From positions 17,918,001 to 17,982,000 of the forward strand of contig OX597814.1 of assembly GCA_951406725.2 (NCBI GenBank): a stretch of 64,000 nt of DNA, in the 5' to 3' direction. A model generated the notes under the pieces. It saw only the letters and a list, made by a program, of their open reading frames with translations, did no database searches and was not told the DNA's origin. A program made the position numbers and the translations under genes. Origin of the DNA: Octopus vulgaris. Taxonomy: Eukaryota. Position 1 is the stretch's first letter. Each line of letters opens with the position of its first letter. Below, in pieces: positions 16,073-28,673 of the stretch.

Positions 16073-16374
16073 ATCACGTGATCACGTGACCGACCAGACC
16101 TTCAGATGTTGCTACACATCGCTGGTCACAATGCGCTTCGCATTGTTTTTTAGCCTTCGAATGACGCCACCCCGTTGGCTAAGCGAGCAGGCCAACAGAC
16201 GAAAGAGTGGTGAAAGAGTACAGCAGGGATCACCACCATCCCCTGCCGGAGCGTCGTGGAGCTTTTAGGTGTTTTCGCTCCATAAACACACACACAACGC
16301 CCGGTCTGGGAATCGAAACCGCGATCCTACGACCGCGAGTCCGCTGCCCTAACCACTGGGCCATTGCGCCTCCA
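16073..16374 (-). mobile_element. tRNA-derived SINE family C, full length
   Basis: Reverse complement: tggaggcgcaatggcccagtggttagggcagcggactcgcggtcg...ggtttcgattcccagaccggg (A/B boxes) to tail ...ggtcggtcacgtgatcacgtgata. Confidence 0.9.
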
Positions 16375-16692
16375 CACATGCCTTATATAGTTACAAATAA
16401 TATATACATACATGCCTATGTGTGTGAATGTGTGTGTTCTTCCCTTTCATCTATTAATGCAGGACACATTCGTCTATAAAAAGACGTTAACTAAATCTTA
16501 TACGTCCAACAAACCGTGTATACGTGTCAGATTATTTGATAATAAGATTTTTCACGGAACGAACAGGGACATTTCTGATGTTCAGTTATTTTGTGCCATT
16601 CCATGGAAAAAGTTGTTCAGCATAACCCATCTCCGTCACACGCACTCTCTCCCTATGTCCCCGCTTCTCTCTCTTCCTCTATATGTGTGTAT

Positions 16693-16733
<41 letters not shown>

Positions 16734-16758
16734 CACACACACACTCACACACACACAT

Positions 16759-16789
<31 letters not shown>

Positions 16790-16852
16790 TACACACACAC
16801 ACACACACAGATACATAAGAACAGTGATTAGACAGACATTCTTTTCTTTCTT

Positions 16853-17257
16853 TTATTCTTTTACTTGTTTCAGTCATTTGACTGCGGTCATGCTGGGGCA
16901 CCGCCTTTTGTCGAATCAAATCGACCCCAGGACTTATTTTTTGTAAGCCGCGTACTTATTCTATCGGTTATTTTGCCGAACCGCTTAGTTACGGGAACCT
17001 AAACACACCAGCATCGGTTGTCAAGCGATGTTGGTGGGGCGGGGTCAAACACAGACACACAACATATATATACATATATATTTATACATATATACGACGG
17101 GCTTCTTTCAGCTTCCGTCTACCAAATCCACTCAAAAGGCTTTGGTCGGCCCTAGGCTATAGTAGAAGACATTTGCCCAAGGTGCCACACAGTGGGACTG
17201 AACTCTGAACCATGTGGTTGGTAAGCAAACTACTTACCACACAGCCACTGCTGCACC
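16853..17257 (-). mobile_element. SINE family A, near full length
   Basis: Reverse complement starts ggtgcagcagtggctgtgtggtaag (A box) ... ggttcagagttcagtcc (B box); same body and tail as 1083. Confidence 0.9.
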
Positions 17258-17700
17258 AACATACATACATGCACATAAGAATAGTTAGGTACACACACAA
17301 ACGTGCAAAATACACACATATATATATATTTAGAAATGTACATTCATATATCCTTAACTGAGTATATTTTTACATACATTTGTAAACGTTTATACCGCAC
17401 TATCAGTCTGTCTATCTGTCTACCTATCTCTCCGTTTGTCTGCCAATCTAGTTGATAATCAATATCAAATTACCAAGGAGACCGCTATTTCATAAGTTAG
17501 TCAATTTATTTTAAAAAGTAAGTGTATTTATTTAATTTCATATTGATTTTACACTAAATTCAATGTTTCGTGTTTGCCTAACATATCTTCAGGGTCAGCC
17601 ACTTTGACCCTTGGAAATATCTTAGTAAACAGCAAATATGCATCGCTGTTTGCGTGCGTGTGTATTATAACCACCATCATATACATATATTTACTCACAT

Positions 17701-17791
<91 letters not shown>

Positions 17792-17973
17792 GTGCGTGTG
17801 TGTGTGTGCGTACACATGAGTATTTACATCTTGATCAATTCTCTCTATATATCTTGCCATCTCTCTGAATATTTCCCCCTTCACATTTTATCTCATTTCG
17901 AAACAACTCTCCCCCCTCATATATAACTTCTACTTGCTTTTTGTCTCTCCCCTACCTTTCTCTCTCTCTGTCA

Positions 17974-18009
<36 letters not shown>

Positions 18010-18557
18010 CTCTCCCCCCATGCCTCTCAATCAACAACTCTCTCATCTTCTCTTCCCTTTCTTGCTGCATGCTTATTAATCTTCTACTTTCACTTTCTTT
18101 TATTTTCCCACATCTCACATATTTTTTTCTCTCACTCACATTCTCTCTGTGTCTTTCACTCTGTCTCTCCCTCTCTCCAAATATCTCAATATCTCTCACT
18201 TTCTCAATCATTTTCCCTACTCCATTCTCTCTCTCTTTCTCTCCCTCTCTCTCCTCTTTGGACATCCTTACTTTCTTAGATGGTATCAATTACTCATTAG
18301 TTCAGTCTCAGATTTAAGTATTTTGCTCTCTGTAGCTTGAGATTCGCATTAAATCTGACTTTGTTTCTGGAATTTTCTCTCATCTTCTCTTGATTGAGTT
18401 ATGGCCTTTTGAAACTCTTCTTGAAACACACTAATTTAACTTCGTTTTTCACGTTCTGTTATGGATTTCTTTGCTCGTCTGTGCGTGTGCGTTTACTAAT
18501 ATGTGAATATATGTAGTATAAAACTGAGTCATCTGCGTATATTTGCTGTTGTTGTGA

Positions 18558-18606
<49 letters not shown>

Positions 18607-18610
18607 GTTG

Positions 18611-18671
<61 letters not shown>

Positions 18672-18674
18672 TAC

Positions 18675-18745
<71 letters not shown>

Positions 18746-18746
<1 letters not shown>

Positions 18747-18935
18747 GGCGGTCAGGTGGCAGAACCGTTAGCACACCGCGCATTTTGTCTCGCTTTACGT
18801 TTTGAGTTCATATGCCAAGGGATCACCTTTGCCTTTCTTCATATAGAGGTCGATAAAATAAGTACCAGTTGTGCACTGAGGTCGATGTACTCAAGTAGCC
18901 CCTTGTCCTCAAATTTCAGGCTTTGTGCATAAAGG
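18746..18935 (+). mobile_element. SINE family B, degenerate
   Basis: aggcggtcaggtggcagaaccgttagcac...ggtcgataaaataagtaccagttgtgcactg; between (TAT)n arrays. Confidence 0.8.
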
Positions 18936-18967
<32 letters not shown>

Positions 18968-18969
<2 letters not shown>

Positions 18970-19258
18970 GAAAATTCACAGCTTATTTTGCTGGCTAAGA
19001 TGGAAAATGTCATCTGTCAAAAGCTAGCATCGTAAAGTGACACTTGTTTACTGGTCATGCTTCATGAACCCTGCGAAGAATTCTTGCAGTTCCAAGCAAT
19101 GCTGATTTTTGCAGGTGTTCTACCTTCATACTTGGACCGATCTTTTTTTCAGCCATTTTGGTAGCTGAGTACTGATGTTTCCAAGTGCACCAATTACTAT
19201 TGGTATTACGTCTACTACTCTCCTCATTGAGAAGAACCTCCGCATATCCCACTTCAAA
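18968..19258 (-). mobile_element. R4/Dong-like (restriction-like endonuclease) non-LTR retrotransposon 3' fragment in (TAA)n
   Basis: Frameshifted minus-strand peptide LKWDMRR...VDVIPIVIGALGNISTQLPKWL / KIGPSMKVEHLQKSALLGTARILRRVHEA*, the typical C-terminus of R4/Dong RLE proteins. Short 3'UTR follows; (TAA)n on both sides. Confidence 0.8.
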
Positions 19259-19268
19259 ATTATTATTA

Positions 19269-19329
<61 letters not shown>

Positions 19330-19391
19330 CATTATAATTATTATTATTATTATTATTATTATTGTTATTATTATTATTATTATTATTGATT

Positions 19392-19502
19392 GATTGAGAG
19401 AGCATTACATGCCATCAAAGTGACACTGGGGTAAAATATACGAAGCCCAGTATACCCATCATGACTATCCATCTGATAAGGGTACACTAGGCCCATGCAT
19501 CA
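19392..19502 (-). mobile_element. Family E repeat, truncated copy within (TAT)n
   Basis: Same terminus as 15534 and 26505; (TAT)n on both sides. Confidence 0.85.
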
Positions 19503-19541
<39 letters not shown>

Positions 19542-20726
19542 GTTATTATTATTATTATTATTATTTTATTATTAGCAACCCCCCCCCCCAAAAAAAAAGA
19601 AGAGTGCCATTGTCATCAAGTGAATGATATTTCGACATATTATTATTATGGCGTCGAGGTGGCACAACCGTTAGCATATGGCACTCTTCTCTAGAAAAAG
19701 GCATCGTAACTTTTACAAGTTCAGCTAGACTTGGCGTTGGTCGCACACCTATGACGTCATGCACATATTACTTGTGAATACGTGTTATTACGTAACTTGG
19801 GGCCATCTTGAATCAGCCGTCTTTATTTCGTAATGTCTATTTTGTGCTCTATGTCTCAAGCCGCTTGGTGTATATATGTATTTGTAATATGTTTGTTTTG
19901 TAATGGTGAAAGTGTTAAAATTCTATACGTAGAGAGAGAGAGAGAGAGAGGAGGTAATTTACATAAATCTAAAGACTTTCTACATAGAAAGAGAGAGCGA
20001 GAGAGAAAGAGAGAAAGAGAGGAGAGAGAAATTTCCTTATGATAATGCATAAAATGAAGAACATATCAAATTCATATTCCAATATTAGTACATGACATCG
20101 GTTGACAAACTTTCAAAGTATCTAAGATACTCTGTTAATTTTTAATAAACCTGTTGACTTCAGTATTTCAGTTGGTTGTTTGCTATATACACTACTTAAT
20201 TTAAATAGAGACTCCCCCTACAACTAGAAGTCTGTTTCCTGGCTTGTTTACATCATATCTCTTTAATTGTTGTGGATCATATTTGGTGGGTAATGAATCA
20301 TATATACTTGATTTTGCCTTGCTGCGTGGTAAATTCTTCTTGGATTTAACATTTGCAGTATGTTTATGAAACAGTTATAACAGTAAGCAACGGATATCGC
20401 ATAGTGTGAATGTATAAAACTATGCTTTAGCAGTTGTGTGTGCGCATGCATTTTTGTGTATTTGGTTGTGTATTTGTGTGTGTATGTGTACGAATTTAAA
20501 CCGAGTTTTATATATGTCGTATCATAATACACACACACACACACATATACATGTATATATACACACACTCACGCATATACACCCACGCACGCACGCACAC
20601 AGTACGTTTATAATAATTCGCCCTGAATTATATATGAACACATGCATACGCACCTGGCTTACTCTGTTTAATAACGGAAACAGCAATATAGACCCGGTAT
20701 GTATGCTTCCATATATATATATATGT

Positions 20727-20770
<44 letters not shown>

Positions 20771-20849
20771 GTGTGCGCGTGCGTGTGTGTGTGTGTGTAT
20801 GTGTATATGTATGTATATATGTATGTATGTATATATATATGTGTATATA

Positions 20850-20899
<50 letters not shown>

Positions 20900-21311
20900 T
20901 GTATATATGTCCGGTAAACCGGACATACACGTGTGTATGTATGCTGCATGTGTGTTGTGCATGTGTTTATTTGTGTACGTATGTGTCATGTACAGAAATC
21001 GTGTCTTGAGTGTGCCCCTTGATTGTGGCTGTATAATGAAAGTATGAGTATTCAGTCGGTATACAAACCCATTCTTATTTCTATAATTCATTTATTGATA
21101 TCTTCAGAGATGCGTCGCCACCAGTTTCCATTGACTTTTAATTTTATTCAGTTCTTCAAATGTCTTGGAATACAAATACATTTTCGTTTCCAATATTTTA
21201 GTCTGTATAAATATTCTATTTTAACTACTTCCTGTCAATCTAACCACCGTAATTTCTACAGTCAATATTCCTCCCTACATCCAAACGCCAGATACTATAT
21301 ACATTATAAAA

Positions 21312-21705
21312 AGGCGGCAAGCTGGCAGAATCGTTAGCACGCCGGGCGAAATGCTTAGCGGTATTTGGTCTGCCGCAACGTTTTAAGTTCCAATTCCGCC
21401 GAGGTCGACTTTGCCCTTCATCCTTTCGGGGTCGATTAAATAAGTACCAGTTTCGCACTGGGGTCGATATAATCGACTTAATCCGTATGTCTGTCCTTGC
21501 TTGTCCCCTCTATGTTTAGCCCCTTGTGAGTAGTAAAGAAATAGGTATTTCATCTGCCGCTACGTTCTAAGTTCAAATTTCGCCGAGGTCGACTTCGCTT
21601 ACATCTTTTAGGGGTCCATAAATTAAGGGCCAGTTGCGACCTGGAATCGACTGGTCCCCTCCCCCCAAATTTCGAGCCTTGTGCCTTGAGTAGAAAAGAA
21701 TATTT
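21312..21705 (+). mobile_element. SINE family B, dimeric copy
   Basis: ggcggcaagctggcagaatcgttagcacgccgggcg head; gaggtcgactttgcc.ttcatcctttcggggtcgat.aaataagtaccag central domain. The body repeats from 21544 with a different tail. Confidence 0.9.
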
Positions 21706-22357
21706 ACAGATTCAACCATTGTTTCCTTTACCCTTCCAAACCAGAATTCAATAGTTAAGCAAACCATTTCATTTTACTCATTATGAAAGTAATTATAATT
21801 AATAAACATAGCTTGGTTCACTACATTAAGATTGTAAGCATCAAATTTACTGCTAATTCTCAAGCAGGCGACATACCTAGGTATCGTCTGCCCCAGGCAT
21901 TCATCTTCAGTTTCATTCATATGAGTTTCACTACATTTCATACTTCATTTCGCCGCATACACATCGTTATCATATGCAGTACATTGCACACTTTTCCATG
22001 TAAGACATGTATATAATTCACTATAAACCCATGTAAAGAAACCGCAAAGTGTCAAATGGTATATTCTGGTTTATAGTTTCTTGCCTCGCATCTTCAAGTG
22101 CCCGCCTTGTAGAATACAGTATCAACATGTGTATTGCAAGAACACGCAGACGCCCACAAACAAAAATACACGTGTGTGTGTGTATATTGCTGCATGTATC
22201 TTTGTGGTTCACTGGTAATATATGTGGTTATGTGTCAAGATCATATTAATTTCAGTTCTTAAAGAGCATAAACTATGGCACTAACGGTCGTGTTGGAGGC
22301 TTTTGGGAGGCTTATTTTCTCACACTTAGACACACACAAGTGATACGCTCAGATACT

Positions 22358-22395
<38 letters not shown>

Positions 22396-22438
22396 CCTCA
22401 AGAATAGAACTATGGAATAGAAATAGAAATCTACCCTA

Positions 22439-22471
<33 letters not shown>

Positions 22472-22503
22472 CATACGCATATATATATATATATATATAT
22501 GAT

Positions 22504-22545
<42 letters not shown>

Positions 22546-22597
22546 CATGAACATATACATATATATGTATGCATGTATATAAAAATATTTATATGCC

Positions 22598-22643
<46 letters not shown>

Positions 22644-23203
22644 CGAAAGAAGAAACTGCAATTTGTTTCAGGTAGTAGTTTCAATCCAGACTGCATAAGG
22701 GTGAGTAAGGAAAAACTTGCTGTTAATTACATATCATTATTTTCTCTTCTACTGTTTCCTAATTTGAGATGAATGTGCAGTTAAGATTGATCATTTCAAG
22801 AATTTAAAAACAAGATTCATTTTTTTTATTTATTATTTATTCCATTTTATTTGCTGTTCAGTATAAAAGTTTCATACTGATTACTGTAAAAGTTTAACGA
22901 AAACCACTAATACGAATGCTAAAGAAAACAAGACCCCAAATAACAAGAAATACTATACAAAAAAGGGAGACATCGAATAGAAATTTGTATTCTATATATC
23001 TTTCTTTCTCTGTCTCTGTCTGTGTGTCTGTCTCTCTCTTTCTTCTCACGTCTCTTTCTTTCCATATACAGATACACATATAGATAGGTAAAAGAAATCA
23101 AAAATCGAATACAACAATTTAAATACTTTTGAAAACCATGAACAAAAGGCCAATGGATGCTCACAGTTACTATTATTATGTGACGCTCAAAAATGGAAAG
23201 TGT

Positions 23204-23301
<98 letters not shown>

Positions 23302-23416
23302 TCCAGCATGTGCTCCAGCATGGCTGCAACTCTCACGCTGATACTAGTAAAAAAAAGTACACTCACACAAATATATGTATATATATATATATATATTTCT
23401 TGTTATTATTTTGCAG

Positions 23417-23597
23417 GTTTGGTTTCAAAACCGACGCTCGAAAGAAAGGCGGATGAAACAGTTAAGCGCGCTCGGAGCGCGAAGGCACTTTTTTAGAAAT
23501 CCACGACGCATGCGTGCTCTTAGACCAGGTTTAGGACATCCGGATATGGATGACGGCGGGGATATGATTGGTGGCGGTGGATTTGGCTATTTCTCAG
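23417..23597 (+). CDS. Lhx1/5: LIM-homeobox Lhx1/5 (Lim1) internal exon: C-terminal part of homeodomain and downstream conserved motif
   Basis: Acceptor tattttgcag|GTT at 23416/23417 and donor TCAG|GTGAGA at 23597/23598. Translates [91 protein letters not shown] is diagnostic of the Lhx1/Lhx5/Lim1/lin-11 class, and the Q|VWFQN intron position is the conserved one. Confidence 0.96.
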
Positions 23598-23887
23598 GTG
23601 AGACGCCCAAACATATTTCTTTGCATTTTTCTTCCACATATTAAACTATGATACTTCGTCACCTTCTTCTTTCTCTTCATGTCTCTCGCTCTCTCGCTTC
23701 TTTCGTTATCTGCAGCCCACACCCGCTTTGTGTATATATATATGAATGTGTAATATTCTATATATGCAATGATATATGGAATGAAAATTACACAAGGAAG
23801 TACGAATATAAATATTAAAACTTATTATCAGTTTGATATTGATATTTCTGAAATATTAAATTTCTAAATATCTCATAGAGATATGTA

Positions 23888-23958
23888 CGGTGGTGGGGCT
23901 AAACACCACCGCTGTTTAGCCCTAGAAAGCATCTTCCTAGGGCTAAACAGCGGTGATG
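23888..23958. repeat. Overlapping inverted repeats (19 bp perfect arms)
   Basis: caccgctgtttagccctag (23907-23925) / ctagggctaaacagcggtg (23937-23955); alternative stem cggtggtg/caccaccg (23888-23911). Confidence 0.9.
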
Positions 23959-24115
23959 TAATTCCCTTACTGTCACGTTAAGTTGACAGTATGCAACCAC
24001 TCTATTGATATTTTTATTTTTTGTGTATTTCCTTTGTATGCTGTTACGCGTGTATTATTTGGGAAAGCATTTTTCCATTGTAGTAAGTATTTTGGGTGTA
24101 TTATAAATTCCCACA

Positions 24116-24164
<49 letters not shown>

Positions 24165-24165
<1 letters not shown>

Positions 24166-24460
24166 TAGCAGTATCGCCCGGCGTTGCTCGGGCTTGTAAG
24201 GGAAATAACTATATAAGCATTTTTAGAGAGTTATAGCCAAAAAATAGCAAAAAAATGCATTAAAAATGGAAAAAAATGATGGTAAATTTTTTTTTAAATC
24301 GTAGACTCATCGTAGATGCGCGCTAATACCCAGAAGGGCTCGATATGAATCACGACTATAAGATACCCGCTTTTGGTTACACTGCACCGCAAAATGTGGG
24401 AGTAGTTAGGAATCTAAATCGTAGGAGACAGACACACAACCTCTCTTTTATATATAAAGA
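24165..24460 (-). mobile_element. Non-autonomous Helitron (~296 bp)
   Basis: On the minus strand it starts 5'-TCTTTATATATAAAAG and ends with a GC hairpin (cccgagcaacgccggg) followed by CTAG-3'. Inserted between A and T in a (TA)n context with no TSD, which are the canonical Helitron termini. Confidence 0.85.
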
Positions 24461-26235
24461 TATATACGTTTGAGTGTGTGTGTTTTAATTGTTTGTATTC
24501 ATTGAGTCCTATTGTATGTTATGCTACGATGGGGAAATGTTAAGGGTAATCCATTGAGTTCATATATGTCATATTGCCACATAATGCCACACACAAACGC
24601 TGCCATGTGTATATACTAGCTAATATATCTATTTGTCTGTCTGTTGATCATTCTATTTTTCTTCTGTCACTTTTTCTTTTCTTTTCTTTTCTTTTCTTTT
24701 CAAATGTTTTGTCTTATAAACAAAGGCAAATGAATCATGCCTCTACCTAGTGCTTTTGTTTTGTGCTTCCGTTTCAAAAATTATACAAATATACATATAC
24801 ATTACACACACGCACACATACACACACATACACACATACACACACACACACATTCGATAATTAACTTTAAAGCTACTGGCACTTTCATGCGTGAGGCGTT
24901 CGTGTGATTGCATGAGTGTACACATGTCTACATATATTTCTGTGTTTGTGCTTCCTGTCTCATATACAAAATCTCTGTCGAGATCAGCAGCCATCCTTCA
25001 GTTTCGATATAATTAAATAGCAGAAGCATACAGACATGATCGAGTAGTTAAAGCGATTGCTTCGCAATCAAAAGGCTCCGGTTTCGATCCCACATTCTGT
25101 CATCTTGGACACCTGTTATTTTTGTTTCAAAAATGGTCTTGGTTCAAATGAAGACTGATCGGTGTCACTGAGTCGGCAGAAAACGCGTGGAATGATATAG
25201 TTGCATGGGATGTACAGTAAATCAAATGTCCAGCCTGTTACATATTCTGTCATGCCGATTCAACCTAAGAATTCCGTTAAAGGTTCACATTTCTGCTAAT
25301 TGAATTATACTGTAAGTTATTCAGTTTTTCACCGACACATACACCGTCAAATTACTGAATAACATGTATAAGCATTACATGTGTGATCGAATCTGTGACG
25401 ACGATAGTTGCTATCAAAAGTTCCACGTGCCTGTTAATCAGCTAGTTTATTCTTAATTGGTAATTTAAAAACCTGCTGAGATAATTCTCTCACATCAAAT
25501 ATGACTGACATGTATTGCAAAATCAGTAGAATCTTCATTGGCTCTGTGACTTAGTTCCAAAGGAGTACGTACCTATTACGAGTAGTAAAAGTTTTTTTAC
25601 AGTTATGTTTGTGAAGATTAGCAAATCTCGTTGAAAATCGATAAGAAAAAATATATATAGTGTCTGAATCGTTGCGAAAAAGTTGTGAAGATTACAAAAC
25701 AAAACAGCAAATTTTTCAAGGAATAACATGAAAACTCTGTAAGCGTACTTTGACTTAATTATATTCAGTATGACTTCCTTTATTTATGATCCAATCGGTT
25801 ATCGGAATACTCTGCGAATACTCTGCGAATATCCGAATACTCTGCGCCTGTTATGCTCGGATGCTGAAAACTAATCGTACGAAGTATCAGCTATCGTGGT
25901 CATTCAGATCGGAAATGATAGAGGGTGAAGCTCCAGCAGTGTTGGTTCAAAAGAACCCAGCTGGATGCCAACGCAAAAAATCGTAATAGTATTTGTTGAT
26001 TTTTCCCATGCAAGTCGGCGGCATCCTCAATCTTACAACTCTCTTTTGCATACCCGACAGCTATTCATCCTAAACACTAATATAGTTACTCGTCTCGATA
26101 TTGGTTCGTAGCCACAAATTGGTAAGGGAAATATTTTAATCAATGGAATTTTGTTTCCGTGTGTGATTTGCTTACTATATTTCAACGACCATAGTTTAAA
26201 CTTGTCGAAGGCCGGAAATAAATACTGGAAAAGGA

Positions 26236-26289
26236 TTATTATTATTATTATTATTATTACTATTATTATTATTATTATTATTATTACTA

Positions 26290-26380
<91 letters not shown>

Positions 26381-26404
26381 TATTATTATTATTATTATTA
26401 TTAC

Positions 26405-26449
<45 letters not shown>

Positions 26450-26452
26450 TAC

Positions 26453-26504
<52 letters not shown>
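26236..26504. repeat. (TAT)n microsatellite, ~270 bp
   Basis: Direct reading, with periodic TAC interruptions. Confidence 0.95.
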
Positions 26505-26978
26505 GAGTGAGAGAGCAGTGCATGCCATCAAAGTGACACAGGAGTAAAATTTACAAAGCCCACTGTACTCATCATGACTACCCATCTGATAAGCACATGC
26601 ATCACAACCATATGTGCGCGACATGGTGATCTCATATCAAAATATACAGCACATGACCTTGCAGGTGGGGCCCAGTTAGAATTTTCTTCAGGTCGAGTAG
26701 TCCATCCCGCTCAAAAAGTCCCTGAATAAGGGTTGTTTAAGGATGTTGAACGAAGCACCCGTGTTTCCAGCGGGGAATTATCCAAACCCCAAAGAATTCC
26801 TCTCAACACACGGCTATGATGCTCTCCCACTACCTCTTCTCACGATCAGGTATGCACATATCGTCAGTCACTAAAGGACATGCTCAACTGGTTAAGGTGA
26901 AGGAACTGACAGGCAAATCTGTGATATTAAGCAGAATATTTGCTGTAGCCCATCTTTTATACCAAGACAAAACAATGT
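26505..26978 (-). mobile_element. (TAA)n-associated non-coding interspersed repeat (family E), longest copy
   Basis: Its left part matches 15534-15664 and 19392-19502; its right part matches 15056-15310. It abuts a ~270 bp (TAT)n array. Strand inferred from variable truncation at one end. Confidence 0.85.
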
Positions 26979-27630
26979 TCTATTATTATATTTCATCTTT
27001 CATTGAGATTGACTATGTCTTTCATCTTTTCGGGATCGATGAAATAAGTACCAGTTGAGCACTGGGGGTGATATATAATCGATTGTCCCTCTGCCTCGAA
27101 AATACCACCACTTCTTGTGCATAAAGTAGAAAAGACTATTATTTCTCGGTGCTTTAACATTTCTGTCAACTTATCTGAAATTGCCGGAAGGTAACATGCA
27201 AAGTAATATAGATTTCTTTAAAAAAAAAAAGACATCTAAAACTAAATAAAAGAAAACAACAAAACGACAATAATATCAGCAAACAAAATTTTGCGAAATC
27301 TCTGTAACCAAAATACATAAAATCAAAAGACCAAAAGCAGGTGGTGGTTTGAACAATTTCAGTGGTGTTTTGTAACTGGAATTTTTACCCCTTTCTTTCG
27401 TTCTTTCCATTTTCGGTTTGACACAACTAAATGTTGTTTTAATTGTATTCGACAAATGACATTCTCTGTAAGATGCTTTTTTTTTTTTCTACATTTATTT
27501 TATTTTTTATTGTTTATATGTTTCTCGTTTTCTTCTTCTGAGATCGGAAGTTGTTGTAAACTTTTCTCGAAAACGAAAACATTTCTGTCGTTTTGGAAAA
27601 GAAAATTGCATGGCATACAAAACAAATGCG

Positions 27631-27748
<118 letters not shown>

Positions 27749-28596
27749 AACACATACACACACACATACACACATATATATAAGCATATATAAGGCCTGT
27801 AGTGCTTTACTTTCAAATATCTATATATGTATTATGCACGTGTACATGTATTTATTTTGTCATTATTTCTGCTACCTTTTCTGTCTGTCTCTCTGTCTGT
27901 CTTATAACATGGATTCCTTATGTGTGCATATGCGTATATATATATAATATTTCCATATATTTGTTGGTCTAAATACTACATTTTCGCTATAGATATCTAA
28001 AACATCAATGTTCCCCAAAGAAATACTTATCAACGTGCTAAAAGTTTCTTATAAATGGAAAGAAGGGGAAATACAACTCTATTAAATTCAATGAAAAATG
28101 GGTAAGAGTTGTGATTTCCTCTATATGTTAGCACTCAGGCAGAATGCTTAGAGTTTAAGGTAGAGTTCTTAAAATGTATAGTTCTTTACATTTTGAGTTC
28201 AGATCCAAACTTTCGTTCTTCTGGCGTTTACAATGTACCAATCAATTACAGAGGTCGGTCGATTTTCATCGAGCGACCTTTATTCGCAAAATTGCTGGTC
28301 TTATGCCTGAATAAAAATTTATTTGGGCAATAGATCCTCCGAATCAATAAAACGTGCGAAGAAATACCTTGTAGTATCTCTTTTTCAGTTATTTACGCTG
28401 TGAGTTCAAATTTCACGAAGGCCAACTTTTTGCCTTTGTTTTTTTTATCCCGCCAGGATCGATAACATAGGACATACATCAAGTATTGGCTTCGATGCCG
28501 ATGTAATCGATCAAACGTTTCCTCACATAATTGCTGGCCTTCTATCTAATTTAGAAACTACTACTCCGTGTCCAAGATTCTGCCAGCTCGCCGCCT

Positions 28597-28632
<36 letters not shown>

Positions 28633-28640
28633 CACTACTA

Positions 28641-28673
<33 letters not shown>

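Noticed and set aside
23375-23644. ORF-track 89 aa protein as a complete gene
   Set aside because: Only 23417-23597 is exonic; the flanking residues come from intron read-through past clear AG and GT sites.
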